From: an uncultured Phycisphaerales bacterium
GTDB lineage: Bacteria; Planctomycetota; Phycisphaerae; Sedimentisphaerales; Anaerobacaceae
Length of the DNA: 64,000 nucleotides
Direction: 5' to 3'
NCBI GenBank assembly: GCA_963718665.1
Contig: OY970359.1
Span: 2,546,872-2,610,871, forward strand
A model generated the notes under the pieces. The model did no database searches and was not told the origin of the DNA. It saw only the letters and a list, made by a program, of their open reading frames with translations. Of the stretch, positions 62,657 to 64,000 are shown piece by piece; position 1 is the stretch's first letter, and each line of letters opens with the position of its first letter. A program made the translations under genes and the position numbers.

Positions 62657-63238
62657 TCACGGGGTAAAATTTAGTCGGGCAAACTCTCCATGGTATTTGA
62701 TAGCGGCCTCATCATACGCTTTTGCGGCGTCGATTTCGGAGTCGAATCTGCCGAGCCATATTTTCTTATTCTCGTAATGGATTTTAGCGGCCCATTTGTT
62801 GCGGGATTTATCGAAATTTACGCCGACGAATTTTGAAGTGGTCTTTGATTTAGTTTTCGGCCTGTTAATCATATTTTGTGAGTGAGTAGCCAGACGGAGA
62901 TTGGCCCTGCGATTGTCGAGACCATCGCCATTTCTATGGTCAACAACAAGGCCCTTAGGCGGATTCATAATCTCCCTGTGCAAAGAGACAAAGCGTGTTT
63001 TCATAGGGCCAAGTTTGGAGGTCCTGAAGGCATAGCATTTTGTTTTGAAACCCTTAAGCCACCATTTGAAATTACCAAGGCGGTAATAGTCCTGCTGGTC
63101 AAGAATTGTCCATTCCCCTTCGCCCAGATAAATCCTGCGAAAGTCATAGCCATATTTGCGCCTTCGATAAACCATCAAAGGCCAGGCGCAAATAATGTCG
63201 AGCCAAACCGGAATCCCAATTGTTAAGTTGATCTTCAT
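62657..63238 (-). CDS. Free-standing HNH endonuclease with AP2 DNA-binding domain
   Basis: LHREIM..VDHRNGDGLDNRRANLRLAT..N; SKFVGV..W.AKI..LGRFDSEIDAAKAYD.AA..HGEFARLNF. Confidence 0.93.
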   Translation of the reverse strand: MKINLTIGIPVWLDIICAWPLMVYRRRKYGYDFRRIYLGEGEWTILDQQDYYRLGNFKWWLKGFKTKCYAFRTSKLGPMKTRFVSLHREIMNPPKGLVVDHRNGDGLDNRRANLRLATHSQNMINRPKTKSKTTSKFVGVNFDKSRNKWAAKIHYENKKIWLGRFDSEIDAAKAYDEAAIKYHGEFARLNFTP

Positions 63239-63822
63239 AATCCTCTTCCTTTCTTTTGCCACTAATGGCTTGGCCATCCCTATCGGGAGGCGCAAAGACA
63301 CTAAGTTTTTTTAACCACGGATTACACAGATTTACACGGATTCAATCGGCCAGTGATGTGTACTCGATACGACCAATTCTCCAAACGATGTTTGTGCGAT
63401 TGGTCCGTATCTCGTCCACAAGAACAACGGCGTTGTTCTTCGGCAAATTTGCCGTTATGGCCGAAACAAATTGGAACTTCTGTTCCTGATGCCTTGCCCT
63501 CCCGGGGCGAAATGTTTGCGCTTCTGCGCTACTACAGAGGAATATGGTTCCTCTATATATAGGGTAAACTTGCGTGCTTTTTAAGGAGTTACGAAACATT
63601 TTTTTCTGTCCAAAATCGGTAAGTTATTGGTAAGTCCTTGTGAGACAAGGAGTAAAAATTTTTTGAGATTTTTGGATTTTTATAATTTGCGATTTGCGGG
63701 TTTTTGTGTTGTTTACCCATTTTAACATGGTGTATTAGTCGATAGTATTTCCGAAGCGGGCTCGTCGCTTCGCTCAGTGTAGTCGTTAGTCGATAGTAAT
63801 GTGGATTGTTTTTTGGGAAAAT

Positions 63823-63858
63823 AAAAAACCCCGGTCAGGTTTCCCTGGACGGGGCTTT
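63823..63858 (-). terminator. Intrinsic terminator after the STAS gene
   Basis: CCCCGGTCAGG...CCTGGACGGGG with A run. Confidence 0.7.
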
Positions 63859-63878
63859 GCGTGCTTCTAATTACGCGA

Positions 63879-64000
63879 TTATTTCATAGTTGGTTGTTGC
63901 CTGTTAATTTCGTTAACGGCAGCGGCCTGGTCGGGCACTATTGTAAATACGCTGTCCAGCGCCGTTACCGAAAAGATTCCTTTTGTCGCTCTTGCCACGC
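63879..64000 (-). CDS. C-terminus of a STAS-domain anti-sigma antagonist (truncated by the window)
   Basis: VARATKGIFSVTALDSVFTIVPDQAAAV. Confidence 0.7.
   Translation of the reverse strand, partial: VARATKGIFSVTALDSVFTIVPDQAAAVNEINRQQPTMK

Overview
Bacterial chromosome segment, most likely Planctomycetota (Phycisphaerae/Sedimentisphaerales-like). This is inferred from the ~110-nt 5S rRNA, a 23S-5S block with no linked 16S, pilin-like/DUF1559-type proteins and typical surface-protein tails. In order: a Pho block (phoR, porin, pstSCAB, phoU) with 11-bp-periodic Pho-box-like arrays; arsC; tRNA-Arg; a RidA-like gene and an AGE epimerase; a tRNA-Ile/tRNA-Ala/23S/5S unit; msrBA; larC; an ECF sigma/anti-sigma pair; an IS5-like element; a kelch surface protein; cinA; dtxR-feoAB; an S8 protease; a sugar-nucleotide operon with a NusG paralog; a ~10-kb Zur-type metal block; housekeeping genes; and an accessory end with a pilin-Ig fusion, an AlbA_2/Schlafen-like gene and a free-standing HNH-AP2 gene. 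Most notable: (1) a short REP-like repeat (TTCGACAAGCTCACC) inserted in frame into conserved genes; (2) 7-mer and 9-mer arrays, one of them the target of the IS; (3) a structured element present twice around the HNH-AP2 block; (4) a candidate ncRNA with its own promoter and terminator where 16S would normally lie; (5) a 27-aa collapsed porin paralog. Frameshifts in larC, the nitronate monooxygenase gene and feoB may be sequencing errors. All calls come from reading the sequence by eye; no database searches were run.
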